Source: Anaerolineales bacterium
GTDB taxonomy: Bacteria; Chloroflexota; Anaerolineae; Anaerolineales; UBA6663
DNA length: 64,000 bases
Assembly (NCBI GenBank): GCA_020850595.1
Contig: JADZEK010000073.1
Coordinates: forward strand, 12,076 to 76,075
Direction of reading: 5' to 3'
The position numbers were made by a program, and so were the translations under genes. Shown in pieces: positions 53,982 through 63,884 of the stretch; position 1 is the stretch's first letter; each line of letters starts with the position of its first letter. The notes under the pieces are model-generated. The model was not told where the DNA came from. It saw nothing but the letters and a program-made list of their open reading frames with translations, and ran no database searches.

Positions 53982-55772
53982 ATGGCCGCTACCGAATTCG
54001 AAGTCACCGGCGTCTTTCGCGGAGATCGGCGCTCAGTGGAGCGCTGGGTCTGGTCGCACACCTGGCGCCACAAGTGGCAGCTCTTCTGGCTCTTCTCGGG
54101 GGCCTTCGCCAACGCCGCCTTCGCCTCGGCCGTGCCCATTTACATCGGTCAGGCCTTCAACGCCATCCTCGCGACCCCGCCCAATTACGCCGCGCTCGGC
54201 ATCGCCACGCTGGGCATCATCCTCACGCAAATCGTGCGCGGCGCTTGGCAGTTGGGCCGCAACTTCGGCTCAGAGGTCATCGGCCAGCGCCTGGAACGCG
54301 ATGTGCGCGCCGAGCTATACGCCAGCCTGTTGGGCAAGAGCATGACTTTTCACAGCCTGCGCCCCGTGGGCGAGGTGATGGCCCGCGCCACCAACGACGT
54401 GCGTGAGCTGAACTTGATGCTCAACCCCGGCATCAACCTGATCGTAGGCTCGGCCATGTTCGTGCTCATGCCGCTGCTGGTCGCCCCCACGCTGCATCCA
54501 GCGCTGCTGGCCGTGCCCATCCTGTTCACCATCGGCTACGTCCTCGCCCTGCGCCGTCTGCTGCGCGAGTTGACCCCGATTACCGAGCAGGTGCGCGGCT
54601 CGTTCGGCCGCCTGAACGCCGCGCTGGCCGAGGCGCTGGAAGGCATTGAGATCGTGAAGGGCGCCGCCCGCGAAGACGAAGAAGCCGCCAAGTTCGAGAG
54701 CAACGCCGCCGCTTACCGCGAGAACTACGTGCGCCAGGGTGCGGCCGAGAGCCGCTCGCTCACGCTGCTGCTGCTGCCGCTGGCGCTCACCGCCGGGTTC
54801 GCCCACAGCGTGCTGCTCTTCATGGCCGGGCAGCTCGACGTGGGGCAGGTTGTCACTTTCAACTCCCTGCTCTGGCTCTACGGCTTCCCGGCCTTCGTCT
54901 CCATCTTTGCGTACTCGCAGGTGTCGCTGGGCATGGCCGGCGCGCGCCGCATCTTCGAGCTGATCACCACCGAGACCGAGCTTGACCACAACCCCCAGGG
55001 GCGCTCCGCCCCCATCGAAGGCGCCATCGAGTTCCGAGATGTCTCGTTCCGCTACGGCCCCGACCGCCCGGCCGTGCTCGCCGACCTGAGCCTCTCTGTC
55101 AAACCGGGGCAGACCGTTGCGCTGGTCGGCCAAACCGGCGCGGGCAAGACCACCCTGGCGCGCCTGGTCAGCCGCATCTACGACGCCTCCGCCGGGCAAG
55201 TGCTGATTGACGGCGTGGATGTGCGTGACTGGAACCTGGCGGCGCTGCGCCGCCAAATCTCGATCATTGAGCAAGACCTGTTCCTGTTTTCGCGCACCGT
55301 CGCTGAAAACATCGCCTTTGGCCGTCCCGACGCGACGCCGGTGGAAATTGAGGCCGCCGCGCGGGCCGCGCAGGCCCACGACTTTATCCTGGGCTTCAAG
55401 GATGGCTACCAAACCGTCATTGGTGAGCGCGGCGTCACCCTCTCGGGCGGGCAGCGCCAGCGGCTGGCCCTGGCCCGCGCCTTCCTGACCAACCCGCGCA
55501 TCCTGGTGCTGGACGACTCGACCTCAGCCATTGACAGCGCCACTGAAGACCAGATACAGAAGGCCATCTTTCGCGCCGCGCAGGGCCGCACTACGCTGCT
55601 GATCACCCATCGCCTCTCGCAGATCCGCTGGGCCGATCAGATCATCGTGCTGCGCCAGGGCCGCATCGCCGCCATCGGCACGCACGACGAACTGCTGTCG
55701 AAATCCGCGGCCTATCAGGCCATCTTCGCCCGCGCCGAGCGCCGCAAGCTCAACCTGGAGGCGCGCGACTAA
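53982..55772 (+). CDS. ABC exporter, fused TMD-NBD half-transporter (MsbA/heterodimeric multidrug type), subunit 1
   Basis: 596 aa. Six TM helices then an NBD (GQTGAGKTT, LSGGQRQR, LVLDD). Confidence 0.9.
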   Translation: MAATEFEVTGVFRGDRRSVERWVWSHTWRHKWQLFWLFSGAFANAAFASAVPIYIGQAFNAILATPPNYAALGIATLGIILTQIVRGAWQLGRNFGSEVIGQRLERDVRAELYASLLGKSMTFHSLRPVGEVMARATNDVRELNLMLNPGINLIVGSAMFVLMPLLVAPTLHPALLAVPILFTIGYVLALRRLLRELTPITEQVRGSFGRLNAALAEALEGIEIVKGAAREDEEAAKFESNAAAYRENYVRQGAAESRSLTLLLLPLALTAGFAHSVLLFMAGQLDVGQVVTFNSLLWLYGFPAFVSIFAYSQVSLGMAGARRIFELITTETELDHNPQGRSAPIEGAIEFRDVSFRYGPDRPAVLADLSLSVKPGQTVALVGQTGAGKTTLARLVSRIYDASAGQVLIDGVDVRDWNLAALRRQISIIEQDLFLFSRTVAENIAFGRPDATPVEIEAAARAAQAHDFILGFKDGYQTVIGERGVTLSGGQRQRLALARAFLTNPRILVLDDSTSAIDSATEDQIQKAIFRAAQGRTTLLITHRLSQIRWADQIIVLRQGRIAAIGTHDELLSKSAAYQAIFARAERRKLNLEARD

Positions 55773-57598
55773 TGGGCTTTTTCGGCAACCTCGACCCCGA
55801 GGCCTACGACCGCACCTATTCTGACAAAGACCTGGTGCGCCGCCTGGTCACCTACTTCCGGCCCCACCGCCGCAACCTGGCGCTGCTGGCCGGCGGCGTC
55901 ACCGTCACCGGCGCGCTGGATGTGATCTTCCCCATCATCCTGGCGCGCGTGGTCAACGGGCTGGCCGAGCACCCCGACCTGAGTTACTTCTTCAGCCTGC
56001 TCGCGTTGGTGCTGTTCACCGGCGTGCTGTCCTGGCTGGTCAATTTCCTGCGCCGCCGCCTCACCGCCCGCGTCATCGGCGAGATCGTCTACAGCATGCG
56101 GCGCGACGCCTTCCGCGCCACGGTGGCCCACGACCTGTCGTTCTACGACGAATTCCGCACCGGCCGCATTGTCAGCCGTATCACCTCCGACACGGCCGAG
56201 TTCGCCAGCGTCACCACGCTCGTCATTGACACCATCAGCCAGTTCACCGTAGTGCTGGTGCTCACCGCCATCCTGTTCACGCTGGAGTGGCGCCTGACCC
56301 TGGCACTGCTGGTGATGACGCCCTTCATTATGTTCGTGGCCCTGGCCTTCCGCCGCCTGGCCCGCTACGTCACCCGCCAGGGCAACCGCGCCATGGCGAA
56401 CGTCAACGCCGCTATTCAAGAGACAGTGGCCGGCATCGCCGTGGCCAAGAACTTCCGGCAGGAGAGCACGGTCTACACCGAGTTCGCCGAGGTCAACAAG
56501 CAGTCGTACACCATCAATCTGCGGCGGGGCTTTGTGCTGGCCAACGTCTTTCCGGTGATGAACGCGCTGGGCGGCGTTGCCGTGGCGGTGCTGGTCTACC
56601 TGGGCGGCTACGCGGCCGGTGGGGGCCTCATCTCACCCGGCGCCTGGTATCTCTTCATTGAGAGTGTTGACCGCTTCTTCTTCCCCTTCACCAACCTGGC
56701 CTCCTTCTGGAGCCAGATTCAGGCCGGGCTGTCAGCCACCGAGCGGGTCTTTGCCCTCATTGACGCCGAGTCGGCCGTCAAGCAGACCGGCCACGAGCCG
56801 GTGCCGACTCTGCGCGGCGACATTGAGTTTGATCACCTGAATTTCCGCTATTCGGCCCAGGAGACCGTGCTGACCGACTTCTCGCTGCACATCCGCCCCG
56901 GCGAGACGGTGGCCCTGGTCGGTCACACCGGCGCGGGCAAAAGCTCCATCGCCAAGCTCATCGCCCGCTTCTACGAGTTTCAGGACGGGGCGCTGCGTAT
57001 TGACGGCCGCGACATCCGCTCGTTTGACCTGCACGCCTACCGCCGCCACCTGGGCCTGGTCTCCCAGTCGCCGTTCCTGTTCTCCGGCAGCGTGGCCGAC
57101 AACATCCGTTACACCTTGCCGAGCGCCACCGACGCCGAGATCGAGGCCCTGGCGCGCCAGATTGGCCGCGGCGAATGGCTGGCGACCTTGCCCGACGGCC
57201 TGGCTTCCGCGGTGGGCGAGCGCGGCGGGCGGCTTTCCATGGGCCAGCGCCAACTCGTGGCGCTGATGCGCGTGCTGGTGCAGCGCCCGGCCATCTTCAT
57301 CCTCGATGAGGCCACGGCCAGCATTGACCCCTTCACCGAGGAGCAAATTCAAGAAGCGCTCGACCTGATCTTGGGCAAGAGCACCGCCATCATCATCGCG
57401 CATCGCCTCTCGACCGTGCGCAACGCCGATCGCATCATCGTGCTGCGCCAGGGCCGCATCATCGAAGAGGGCACGCACGATGCCCTGCTGGCTCAAGGCG
57501 GTCACTACGCCGAGCTGTACAACACCTACTTCCGCCACCAATCGCTCGAGGCCATCGGCGAATACGGCAAGCTGCGCGCCACCGCGGCGGCGGATTAG
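55772..57598 (+). CDS. ABC exporter half-transporter, subunit 2
   Basis: 608 aa. Start overlaps the previous stop (TAATG). NBD GHTGAGKSS, LSMGQRQL, FILDE. Confidence 0.9.
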   Translation: MGFFGNLDPEAYDRTYSDKDLVRRLVTYFRPHRRNLALLAGGVTVTGALDVIFPIILARVVNGLAEHPDLSYFFSLLALVLFTGVLSWLVNFLRRRLTARVIGEIVYSMRRDAFRATVAHDLSFYDEFRTGRIVSRITSDTAEFASVTTLVIDTISQFTVVLVLTAILFTLEWRLTLALLVMTPFIMFVALAFRRLARYVTRQGNRAMANVNAAIQETVAGIAVAKNFRQESTVYTEFAEVNKQSYTINLRRGFVLANVFPVMNALGGVAVAVLVYLGGYAAGGGLISPGAWYLFIESVDRFFFPFTNLASFWSQIQAGLSATERVFALIDAESAVKQTGHEPVPTLRGDIEFDHLNFRYSAQETVLTDFSLHIRPGETVALVGHTGAGKSSIAKLIARFYEFQDGALRIDGRDIRSFDLHAYRRHLGLVSQSPFLFSGSVADNIRYTLPSATDAEIEALARQIGRGEWLATLPDGLASAVGERGGRLSMGQRQLVALMRVLVQRPAIFILDEATASIDPFTEEQIQEALDLILGKSTAIIIAHRLSTVRNADRIIVLRQGRIIEEGTHDALLAQGGHYAELYNTYFRHQSLEAIGEYGKLRATAAAD

Positions 57599-57634
57599 CC
57601 CCGCCCCGCGCAGGCCACAGCGCGGCAGCAAAAA

Positions 57635-57659
57635 GCCGGCGGAATAAACGCCGGCTTTT
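57635..57659. terminator. Rho-independent terminator (serves the convergent ABC exporter and rpoD transcripts)
   Basis: AAAAA GCCGGCG gaataaa CGCCGGC TTTTG. Approximate coordinates. Confidence 0.55.
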
Positions 57660-57686
57660 GCGTCGCAGGTGCAGGGTGGGGGGCGG

Positions 57687-58862
57687 CTAGGTCAAATAAT
57701 CGCGCAGTTGGCGCGAGCGGCGCGGATGGCGCAGGCGGCGCAGCGCTTTGCCTTCGATCTGGCGGATGCGCTCGCGGGTAAGCCCAAATTTCTGACCGAC
57801 CTCTTCCAGCGTGTACGAGCGGCCGTTTTGCAGCCCAAACCGCAGGCGCAGGATGCGGGCCTCGCGCGGCGTGAGAGTCGCCAGCACTTCTTCTACCTTT
57901 TCCTTCAGCAAGTTCTGGTAGGCGCTCTGGGTGGGCGTGGGCGTGGTGTCGTCTTCAATGAACGCCCCAAACTCAGTGTCTTCCTCTTCGCCCACCGGGC
58001 GCTCCAGCGACAGCGGCCGCCAGCTCACCTTCAGCATCCACTGCACCTTGCGCGGCTCCAGGTGCAGCTCCTCGGCAATCTCCTCCGGCGTGGGCTTGCG
58101 GCCGAACGACTGCTCCAACTGGCGCGCGGCCTTGTACAGCCGGCGGATGCGGTCGCTCATGTGCACCGGCACACGGATGGTGCGGCCCTGGTCGGCAATG
58201 GCGCGTGTGATCGTCTGCCGGATCCACCAGGTGGCGTAGGTGCTGAAGCGGAAACCGCGCCGGTAGTCGAACTTCTCCACGGCCTTCATCAGGCCCAGGT
58301 TGCCTTCCTGAATCAGGTCGAGGAACGGCACGCCGCGGCCGATGTACTTCTTGGCAATCGAAACCACCAGGCGGGTGTTGGCCTTGATCAGGTGCTCGCG
58401 CGCCCCGCGGCCGTCTTCCACATGGCCTTCCAGCTCTGCGCGTTTTTTGTAGCTCGCCGAGCCGTTCAGCTTGTCTAGTTTTAGCTGCGAATTGCCGCCG
58501 CGCTCGACGCGCTTGGCCAGGTCCACTTCCTGCTCGGTGGTCAGCAGGGGCACGCGGGCCATTTCTTTGAGGTACAGGCCGACGGTGTCGTCGGTCGAAA
58601 TCGTGCTGAGGTCGAAATCTTCTTCTTCGGGGCGGCGCGGCTTGCTCTTGGGCTTGGCCGGCACCTCGGCCTTCTCTTCGTACACATCAATCCCCGCGCC
58701 GTGCAGAAACGAAAACAGCTCTTCTAGCTGTTCGTTCGCTTCCTCGGCCTTAGGGAAGGCCTCGATAATATCATCCGTCAACAAGTAACCCTGGGCGTAG
58801 GCTTTGTCCATCAAAATCGCCAGGGTTTCGGCGTCCTTACCGGAGTCATCGGTATACTTCAT
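57687..58862 (-). CDS. rpoD: Primary RNA polymerase sigma factor (sigma-70/SigA)
   Basis: Start at MKYTDD. Regions 1.2, 2 ([18 protein letters not shown]), 3, and 4 (TLEEVG...TRERIRQIE) are all present. Confidence 0.9.
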   Translation of the reverse strand: MKYTDDSGKDAETLAILMDKAYAQGYLLTDDIIEAFPKAEEANEQLEELFSFLHGAGIDVYEEKAEVPAKPKSKPRRPEEEDFDLSTISTDDTVGLYLKEMARVPLLTTEQEVDLAKRVERGGNSQLKLDKLNGSASYKKRAELEGHVEDGRGAREHLIKANTRLVVSIAKKYIGRGVPFLDLIQEGNLGLMKAVEKFDYRRGFRFSTYATWWIRQTITRAIADQGRTIRVPVHMSDRIRRLYKAARQLEQSFGRKPTPEEIAEELHLEPRKVQWMLKVSWRPLSLERPVGEEEDTEFGAFIEDDTTPTPTQSAYQNLLKEKVEEVLATLTPREARILRLRFGLQNGRSYTLEEVGQKFGLTRERIRQIEGKALRRLRHPRRSRQLRDYLT

Positions 58863-58956
58863 CCCACTCACCCTCTCTCTGCAGCGGACGGCGGTTGGCT
58901 CGTACCAGGGCGCGGACTTCGCGCGGTCAGGCTGGGTCGAAGTACCACACAAGCGG

Positions 58957-59505
58957 TTAGTTGGCGGGCGGCTCCTTGTCGGGGTCCAGCAAATCTAGGA
59001 GGCCGGACCAGCGTGGGTCACGGTCCTCCGCCGGGCAGTCACACGGACCATCGTTCCAGTTGGCCCCACACTGCGGGCACAGGCCCCGACAATCGGGGCG
59101 GCACAGCGGCTGCATGGGAATGGAGAGCAAAAACTCCTCCCGCACCGTCGGCGTCAGGTCCAGGTAGTGATCGTCGCCGACGGTCAGGCTGTCGGGCGGG
59201 GCGCTTTCGGGGGGGTAGTGGTAAAGCTCACCCAGGCGGCTGGTCACCGGCTGCTGCATGTCTGCCAGGCAGCGCGCACAGCTTTGCGCTACCTTTGCCC
59301 GCAGCAGGCCCTGCGCATATAATCCCTGCGGCGTGCGAGTCAGGTTGACGTTGCCGCGCAGATCGCTCACCGTCAGGTCGTCCGCCACGGTGACGGCAGC
59401 TTCGTCAAAGGGGAAGTCGCGGCTATAGCCGATGCCTTCCTTGAGGACAAATCCTACGTTCAGCCGCAGCACGCGGTTCGCCAATTTCGTCGGAGGGCTA
59501 CTCAT
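58957..59505 (-). CDS. yceD: YceD/DUF177 family protein
   Basis: 182 aa. C-terminal [17 protein letters not shown]...CDC Cys cluster typical of DUF177. Confidence 0.8.
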   Translation of the reverse strand: MSSPPTKLANRVLRLNVGFVLKEGIGYSRDFPFDEAAVTVADDLTVSDLRGNVNLTRTPQGLYAQGLLRAKVAQSCARCLADMQQPVTSRLGELYHYPPESAPPDSLTVGDDHYLDLTPTVREEFLLSIPMQPLCRPDCRGLCPQCGANWNDGPCDCPAEDRDPRWSGLLDLLDPDKEPPAN

Positions 59506-59532
59506 TTAGTGGCTTTGGGGACAGACTTCGGC

Positions 59533-59562
59533 ATTATAGCACGCTCCGAATTAATTAGTCAA
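59533..59562 (-). promoter_or_regulatory. Near-consensus sigma70 promoter for yceD (and probably rpoD)
   Basis: Minus strand reads TTGACT, 18 nt spacer, TATAAT. About 25 nt upstream of the yceD start, in an unusually AT-rich island. Confidence 0.5.
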
Positions 59563-59679
59563 GAAATCGCCAAAATTCATTGACATAATATAGAAAATAT
59601 GTGCGGATTCCCCGCCAGATATGGGGTTTCCAGCCATGAGACCCCCAAATGTACGCATCGCTCAATGCGCATAGCAGCC

Positions 59680-60303
59680 ATGTCTGACAACCAACGCCGC
59701 CTGGTGCTCGCCACGCACAACTCGGGCAAACGCCGTGAATTCCTCGCGCTGCTGCCGAATTTGGGCGCCGAGCTGGTGCTGCCCGACGACCTGGGCCTGC
59801 ACGCGGACGTGCCCGAGACCGGCGACACTTACGCCGCCAACGCCCGCCTCAAGGCGCAGGCGCTGGCCGAGGCTAGCGGCCTCGTCGCGCTGGGCGACGA
59901 CTCCGGCATCGAAGTGGAATGCCTGGGCGGCGCGCCGGGGTTGTACTCGGCCCGCTACGCCGGGCACGGCGCCAGCGACGCCGACCGCCGCCGCAAGCTC
60001 TTGCACGAAGTGCGCCAGTTCCCGCGCCCGTGGCTGGCGCGCTTTGTCTGTGTGATTTGCGTGGCGGTGCCGCAGGCGGGTGGGGGGCTGAGCCTGACGG
60101 AGTTTGAGGGCGAGTGCCGCGGCGAGATCAGCCCAGTGGCGCGCGGCAGCAACGGCTTTGGCTACGACCCGATCTTTTGGCTCCCAGACCGGGGTGCGAC
60201 CATGGCCGAACTGCCGGAAGACGTGAAGAACACCCTCAGCCACCGGGGCCGCGCGGTGCAGGCCGCGGAAAGTTACTTGCGGGCGCTGATGGCGGGAAAG
60301 TAA
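59680..60303 (+). CDS. rdgB: Non-canonical purine NTP pyrophosphatase (RdgB/HAM1)
   Basis: Start at MSDNQRR. LVLATHNSGKRREF...GDDSGIEV...FGYDPIF motifs. Confidence 0.85.
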   Translation: MSDNQRRLVLATHNSGKRREFLALLPNLGAELVLPDDLGLHADVPETGDTYAANARLKAQALAEASGLVALGDDSGIEVECLGGAPGLYSARYAGHGASDADRRRKLLHEVRQFPRPWLARFVCVICVAVPQAGGGLSLTEFEGECRGEISPVARGSNGFGYDPIFWLPDRGATMAELPEDVKNTLSHRGRAVQAAESYLRALMAGK

Positions 60304-60398
60304 GCCGAGCGGCGACCGCCGGTTGGTAAATAGAACAGGCCAGTCACGTCAGTGGCCGGCCCGCTGGCTTGCCTGCCGAATTTCAGGTCGGGCGCCGG

Positions 60399-61352
60399 TT
60401 ACTGGCGCTCGTCAGCCCCGCCCAGGTTGCTGTCGTGTAGCATTTCCAGGTAGCGCTCCACCGAGATCGCCGCCTGGCAGCCCTGCCCGGCTGACGAGAT
60501 GGCTTGCTTGTAGATCGGGTCCATCACCTCGCCCGCCGCGTACACCCCGGCCACCGAGGTCTGCATAAACTTGTCCACGATCAAGAAGTTCTGCTCATCC
60601 ATCGCCAGTTGGCCCTGGAAGATCTGCGTATTCGGGAAGTGACCGACAAACACGAACACGCCGTCGGTTTGCCACGGCTCGACCTGGCCGGTGCGCACGT
60701 TCTGCGCCGTCACGCCCGTCACCTTCTTCTCGCCGTCAATAGATTGCAGCACCGTGTCCCACACAAACTCGATCTTGTCGTTGGCCCTGGCGCGGTTGAT
60801 GAGCAGCTCGCCGGCGCGCAGCGAGTCGCGGCGATGCACAATCCGCACCTTGCTGGCGTACTTGGTGAGGAAGATGCCTTCTTGCAGCGCCGAGTCGCCG
60901 CCGCCGATCACCAGCACGTCCTTGTCCTTGAAGAAGAAGCCGTCGCACGTGGCGCAGTAGCTCACGCCGCGGCCGATGTAGTCATCTTCGCCGGGGATGC
61001 CCAGCCGCCGCGCCGACGCGCCCGTGGCGATGATGACGGCGTTGGCCTGGTACTCTTGGCCGTAAGTCTTTAGATAGAACGGCGCGCCCTTGGTAAAGTC
61101 TACTTCCAGCACTTCGTCGAACTCAAAGCGCGTGCCGAAACGCTCGGCCTGCACCCGCATCTTCTCGGTCAGTTCCGGCCCCAAGATCGTGTCGAAGCCG
61201 GGGAAGTTTTCGACCTCGTTGGTGATGGCGATCTGGCCGCCCATCTGGTTCCCGGCGATGAGCAGCGGGTTCAAGTTTGCGCGGGCCGCGTAGATCGCCG
61301 CTGTCAGCCCGGCCGGCCCCGATCCGATGATGATGAGATTTTCCTTCTGCAT
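60399..61352 (-). CDS. trxB: Thioredoxin-disulfide reductase
   Basis: 317 aa. GSGPAG, redox-active CATC, GGGDSA NADPH site. Confidence 0.95.
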   Translation of the reverse strand: MQKENLIIIGSGPAGLTAAIYAARANLNPLLIAGNQMGGQIAITNEVENFPGFDTILGPELTEKMRVQAERFGTRFEFDEVLEVDFTKGAPFYLKTYGQEYQANAVIIATGASARRLGIPGEDDYIGRGVSYCATCDGFFFKDKDVLVIGGGDSALQEGIFLTKYASKVRIVHRRDSLRAGELLINRARANDKIEFVWDTVLQSIDGEKKVTGVTAQNVRTGQVEPWQTDGVFVFVGHFPNTQIFQGQLAMDEQNFLIVDKFMQTSVAGVYAAGEVMDPIYKQAISSAGQGCQAAISVERYLEMLHDSNLGGADERQ

Positions 61353-61398
61353 GCGTCGAGCTACCTCGTTGGCTGGGGCGGCGCACCGCCGCGCCGCA

Positions 61399-63141
61399 CT
61401 ATACCCGCAAGTGCTCTTTGGCCGCCTCGGTCAGGGGCACGAACACCACAATGCGCGTGCCACGGCCCTCGGCTGAGTCAATCCGCACTGCGCCATTGAT
61501 CATCTCGGCCCGCTCGCGCATGTTCACCATGCCCAGGCTGCCGCGCCGGTCGTAGTTCGCTTCTACCGCCCCCACGTTGAAGCCCACGCCGTCGTCTTGA
61601 ACTTCCACCGTCAGCACGTCGCCCTGGGTTTTCAGCCGCACCCACAGGTGCTCGGCCTGGGCGTGCTTGCGAGCGTTGTTCAAGGCTTCTTCAACAATGT
61701 AGAACAGCACGCCCTGCTGGTTCATTTCCAGGCGGTCGTCCAGGCGCGGCTCGGCCTCCACGATCACGTTTTGGCCGTGAGTTTCCTTGAGCTTGTCGGC
61801 CAACTGCCCCAGGGCGGCCGTCAGCCCCTGGCTTTCCAGCACCAACGGCCGCAGCGTGAAGAGCATGTGGCGGATCTCGCGCGTCGTTTTGCGCGCCAGG
61901 TCCTCCATTCTAAACAGTTCTTCGCCGGCATGCTTGGGGTCGCGCTCCAGCAGGCGCCGCACGTAGTTGGCGCGCATGGCTAGGGCCGCCACGGCTTGGG
62001 TCGGGCCGTCGTGCAGATCGCGCGCCAGTTTCTTCTGCGCCTCATCCTGCACTTCCAGCAGGCGGTCCTTCTCCTGGCGCAGGTTGCGATAGAGCTGGGC
62101 GTTCTGTAGCGCGACGATCGACTGGTTGACCACCGCCACCAGCAGTGCGCGCTGATCGTCGTCGAAAAAGTCGGGTAAAGGGTGGCCATAGAGCACCACC
62201 CCGTACGTCTCATAGCCGGCCCGCAGCGGCAACGCCATGAGCGACTGGCAGGCGCGGAAGCTCACGAACTGCATCAGCTCGGGGTCGTGGGCGGGGTCGC
62301 TGGTCACGGCCGGTTCGCCGGTGCGGACCACCTCACCCAAGATGCCGGCGCGGCCCGGGCAGATGACGCGCTGATCGGCCTGGGTGAGCCGCCGCGCCGA
62401 CGAGAGGTGCAGTTGGTCTTCCTCGAAGAACAGCACGGCCGCCACCAACGCCGACGACGACGGCGAGGCGCTTTCGGCGCCCAGCGCGCCGAAGTTTAGC
62501 GCGGCCTCGAGCACCGCTTTGTAGTCGAGCGTGGCCGACAGCATGGACGACATTTCGTAGATCGCCCGCGCGTGTTGGCGCAGCACCTGTGAGCGTTGCG
62601 TTTCGTTGTTGTACTGCCGGAAAACGGTGCGTTCGATGTGCAGGCGCATTTGCCGGGCGATAAAGGCCGCGGCCAGCGTCAGCGGCAGCATAATCACTGC
62701 GGCAATGAGCAGCGCCGGCAGCCCCGCGCCGGGCGGCGACGCGAGCACCAGGTGCACACCGGCTTGCAGCAGCAAGAAAGTCGCCATGGTCAGCAGCGCC
62801 CCCCACCACTGAAAGCGCAGCGTGGCGGTCAGGCCAGGCAACAGGCCGATCCAGATCAGGCGGCCGTCGGCGAGGCCGGTGCTGCCATATAGGCCAAGCC
62901 CGAGGGCGAAGTCAAGCATGAGCGTGGTCCAAATGAGGTAACGGCGGCCCGGCTCGGCGAACTCGACCAGCGTGAGGATGAAATTGTAAATGGCGCCGCC
63001 GGCCAGCAGCACGATGGTCAGGGCCGAGGGGGGCTGCGGGCTAGACAGCACGAGCACCACCGCCGCCACCAGCAGCAGCCAGCGCAGGTTGTAGGCTAGC
63101 CAGCCCGCGCGCTGCGCGACGCGTGTGCTTTGCTCAGACAT
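61399..63141 (-). CDS. Sensor histidine kinase with multi-TM N-terminal region and GAF domain, HisKA_3/HATPase_c (NarL-partner type)
   Basis: 580 aa. LHDGPTQ H-box, GAF-like middle region, C-terminal ATPase (DDGVGF...G..GM). No adjacent response regulator. Confidence 0.85.
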   Translation of the reverse strand: MSEQSTRVAQRAGWLAYNLRWLLLVAAVVLVLSSPQPPSALTIVLLAGGAIYNFILTLVEFAEPGRRYLIWTTLMLDFALGLGLYGSTGLADGRLIWIGLLPGLTATLRFQWWGALLTMATFLLLQAGVHLVLASPPGAGLPALLIAAVIMLPLTLAAAFIARQMRLHIERTVFRQYNNETQRSQVLRQHARAIYEMSSMLSATLDYKAVLEAALNFGALGAESASPSSSALVAAVLFFEEDQLHLSSARRLTQADQRVICPGRAGILGEVVRTGEPAVTSDPAHDPELMQFVSFRACQSLMALPLRAGYETYGVVLYGHPLPDFFDDDQRALLVAVVNQSIVALQNAQLYRNLRQEKDRLLEVQDEAQKKLARDLHDGPTQAVAALAMRANYVRRLLERDPKHAGEELFRMEDLARKTTREIRHMLFTLRPLVLESQGLTAALGQLADKLKETHGQNVIVEAEPRLDDRLEMNQQGVLFYIVEEALNNARKHAQAEHLWVRLKTQGDVLTVEVQDDGVGFNVGAVEANYDRRGSLGMVNMRERAEMINGAVRIDSAEGRGTRIVVFVPLTEAAKEHLRV

Positions 63142-63206
63142 GCCTGCATGATACCGGCAATGTCACGGGAGGGGAAGGTCAGTTGTCACGAAAGTAGGCA
63201 TAAAAA

Positions 63207-63238
63207 CGCGCCGCCCCAGGCGGCCCTGGGGCGGCGCG
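63207..63238 (-). terminator. Rho-independent terminator downstream of the 63262..63609 gene
   Basis: Minus strand reads GCGCCGCCCCAGGG ccg CCTGGGGCGGCGC followed by GTTTTT. Approximate coordinates. Confidence 0.5.
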
Positions 63239-63261
63239 CTCTAACCGACCAGAGTGAATGG

Positions 63262-63609
63262 TTAGCGGCGGGCGCGTTTGGCGGCCGCTTTCTTGGCGGC
63301 TTTCTTGGCGGCCGGGCGGCGGGCCAACTGGCGCTTGAAGACCAGGCCTTCGCCGCCGGTGATGCCGGTGTTCATGTCGTCGAGCAGTTCCCAGCCATCG
63401 GCGCCAAGCAGGTTGAGGACGGCCGGGAGGATGGGGAAGACTTTGGCAGCGTGCAGAGCGTCGAATTGTTCGTTGTAGGCGCGATAGGCGGCGCTGGTAG
63501 CTTCTTCAGGCAGAGCGGTCTCAGAGTGCTGGTAGACGCGGTTGACGTACCACTTGGTGTCGAGGCCAGAGCTGAGGCGGGTGAGGACTGCATATTCCCA
63601 GTAAGCCAT
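63262..63609 (-). CDS. DUF4177-like small protein with Lys/Ala-rich (histone H1-like) C-terminal tail
   Basis: Start at MAYWEY, with AGGAGA 7 nt upstream. WEYAVL...LNLLGADGWELL...GLVFKRQ matches the DUF4177 pattern. Tail AAKKAAKKAAAKRARR. Confidence 0.45.
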   Translation of the reverse strand: MAYWEYAVLTRLSSGLDTKWYVNRVYQHSETALPEEATSAAYRAYNEQFDALHAAKVFPILPAVLNLLGADGWELLDDMNTGITGGEGLVFKRQLARRPAAKKAAKKAAAKRARR

Positions 63610-63884
63610 TGGTGGGTCTCCTTGAGCGCGGAGGGTGAGGGCGCGTGTGCCGGCCTTAGGATAAAGCGGAACACGAAAACGGTCAAACGTCGGCAGCGCG
63701 CTAGGGTGCAGGGCGGGCACTCCCCGGCGGCCGGTGGGTTGACGCCGCCCGGCCCGCTGAAGCCGAAGGTGGAGCAGGCCGGAGGGCTAGCCGGTGTGGG
63801 CCAGGCTTAAACGCGCCCGCCCCGAGCGTGTGCCAGGAGCGGGTACGACCGGCGGCGCGGAGCGCTACCGGATTAAGTCAGCGA

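Noticed and set aside
60304-60398. Possible hairpin between the convergent rdgB and trxB genes
   Set aside because: Only a 5-bp perfect stem could be found. Not convincing as an intrinsic terminator.
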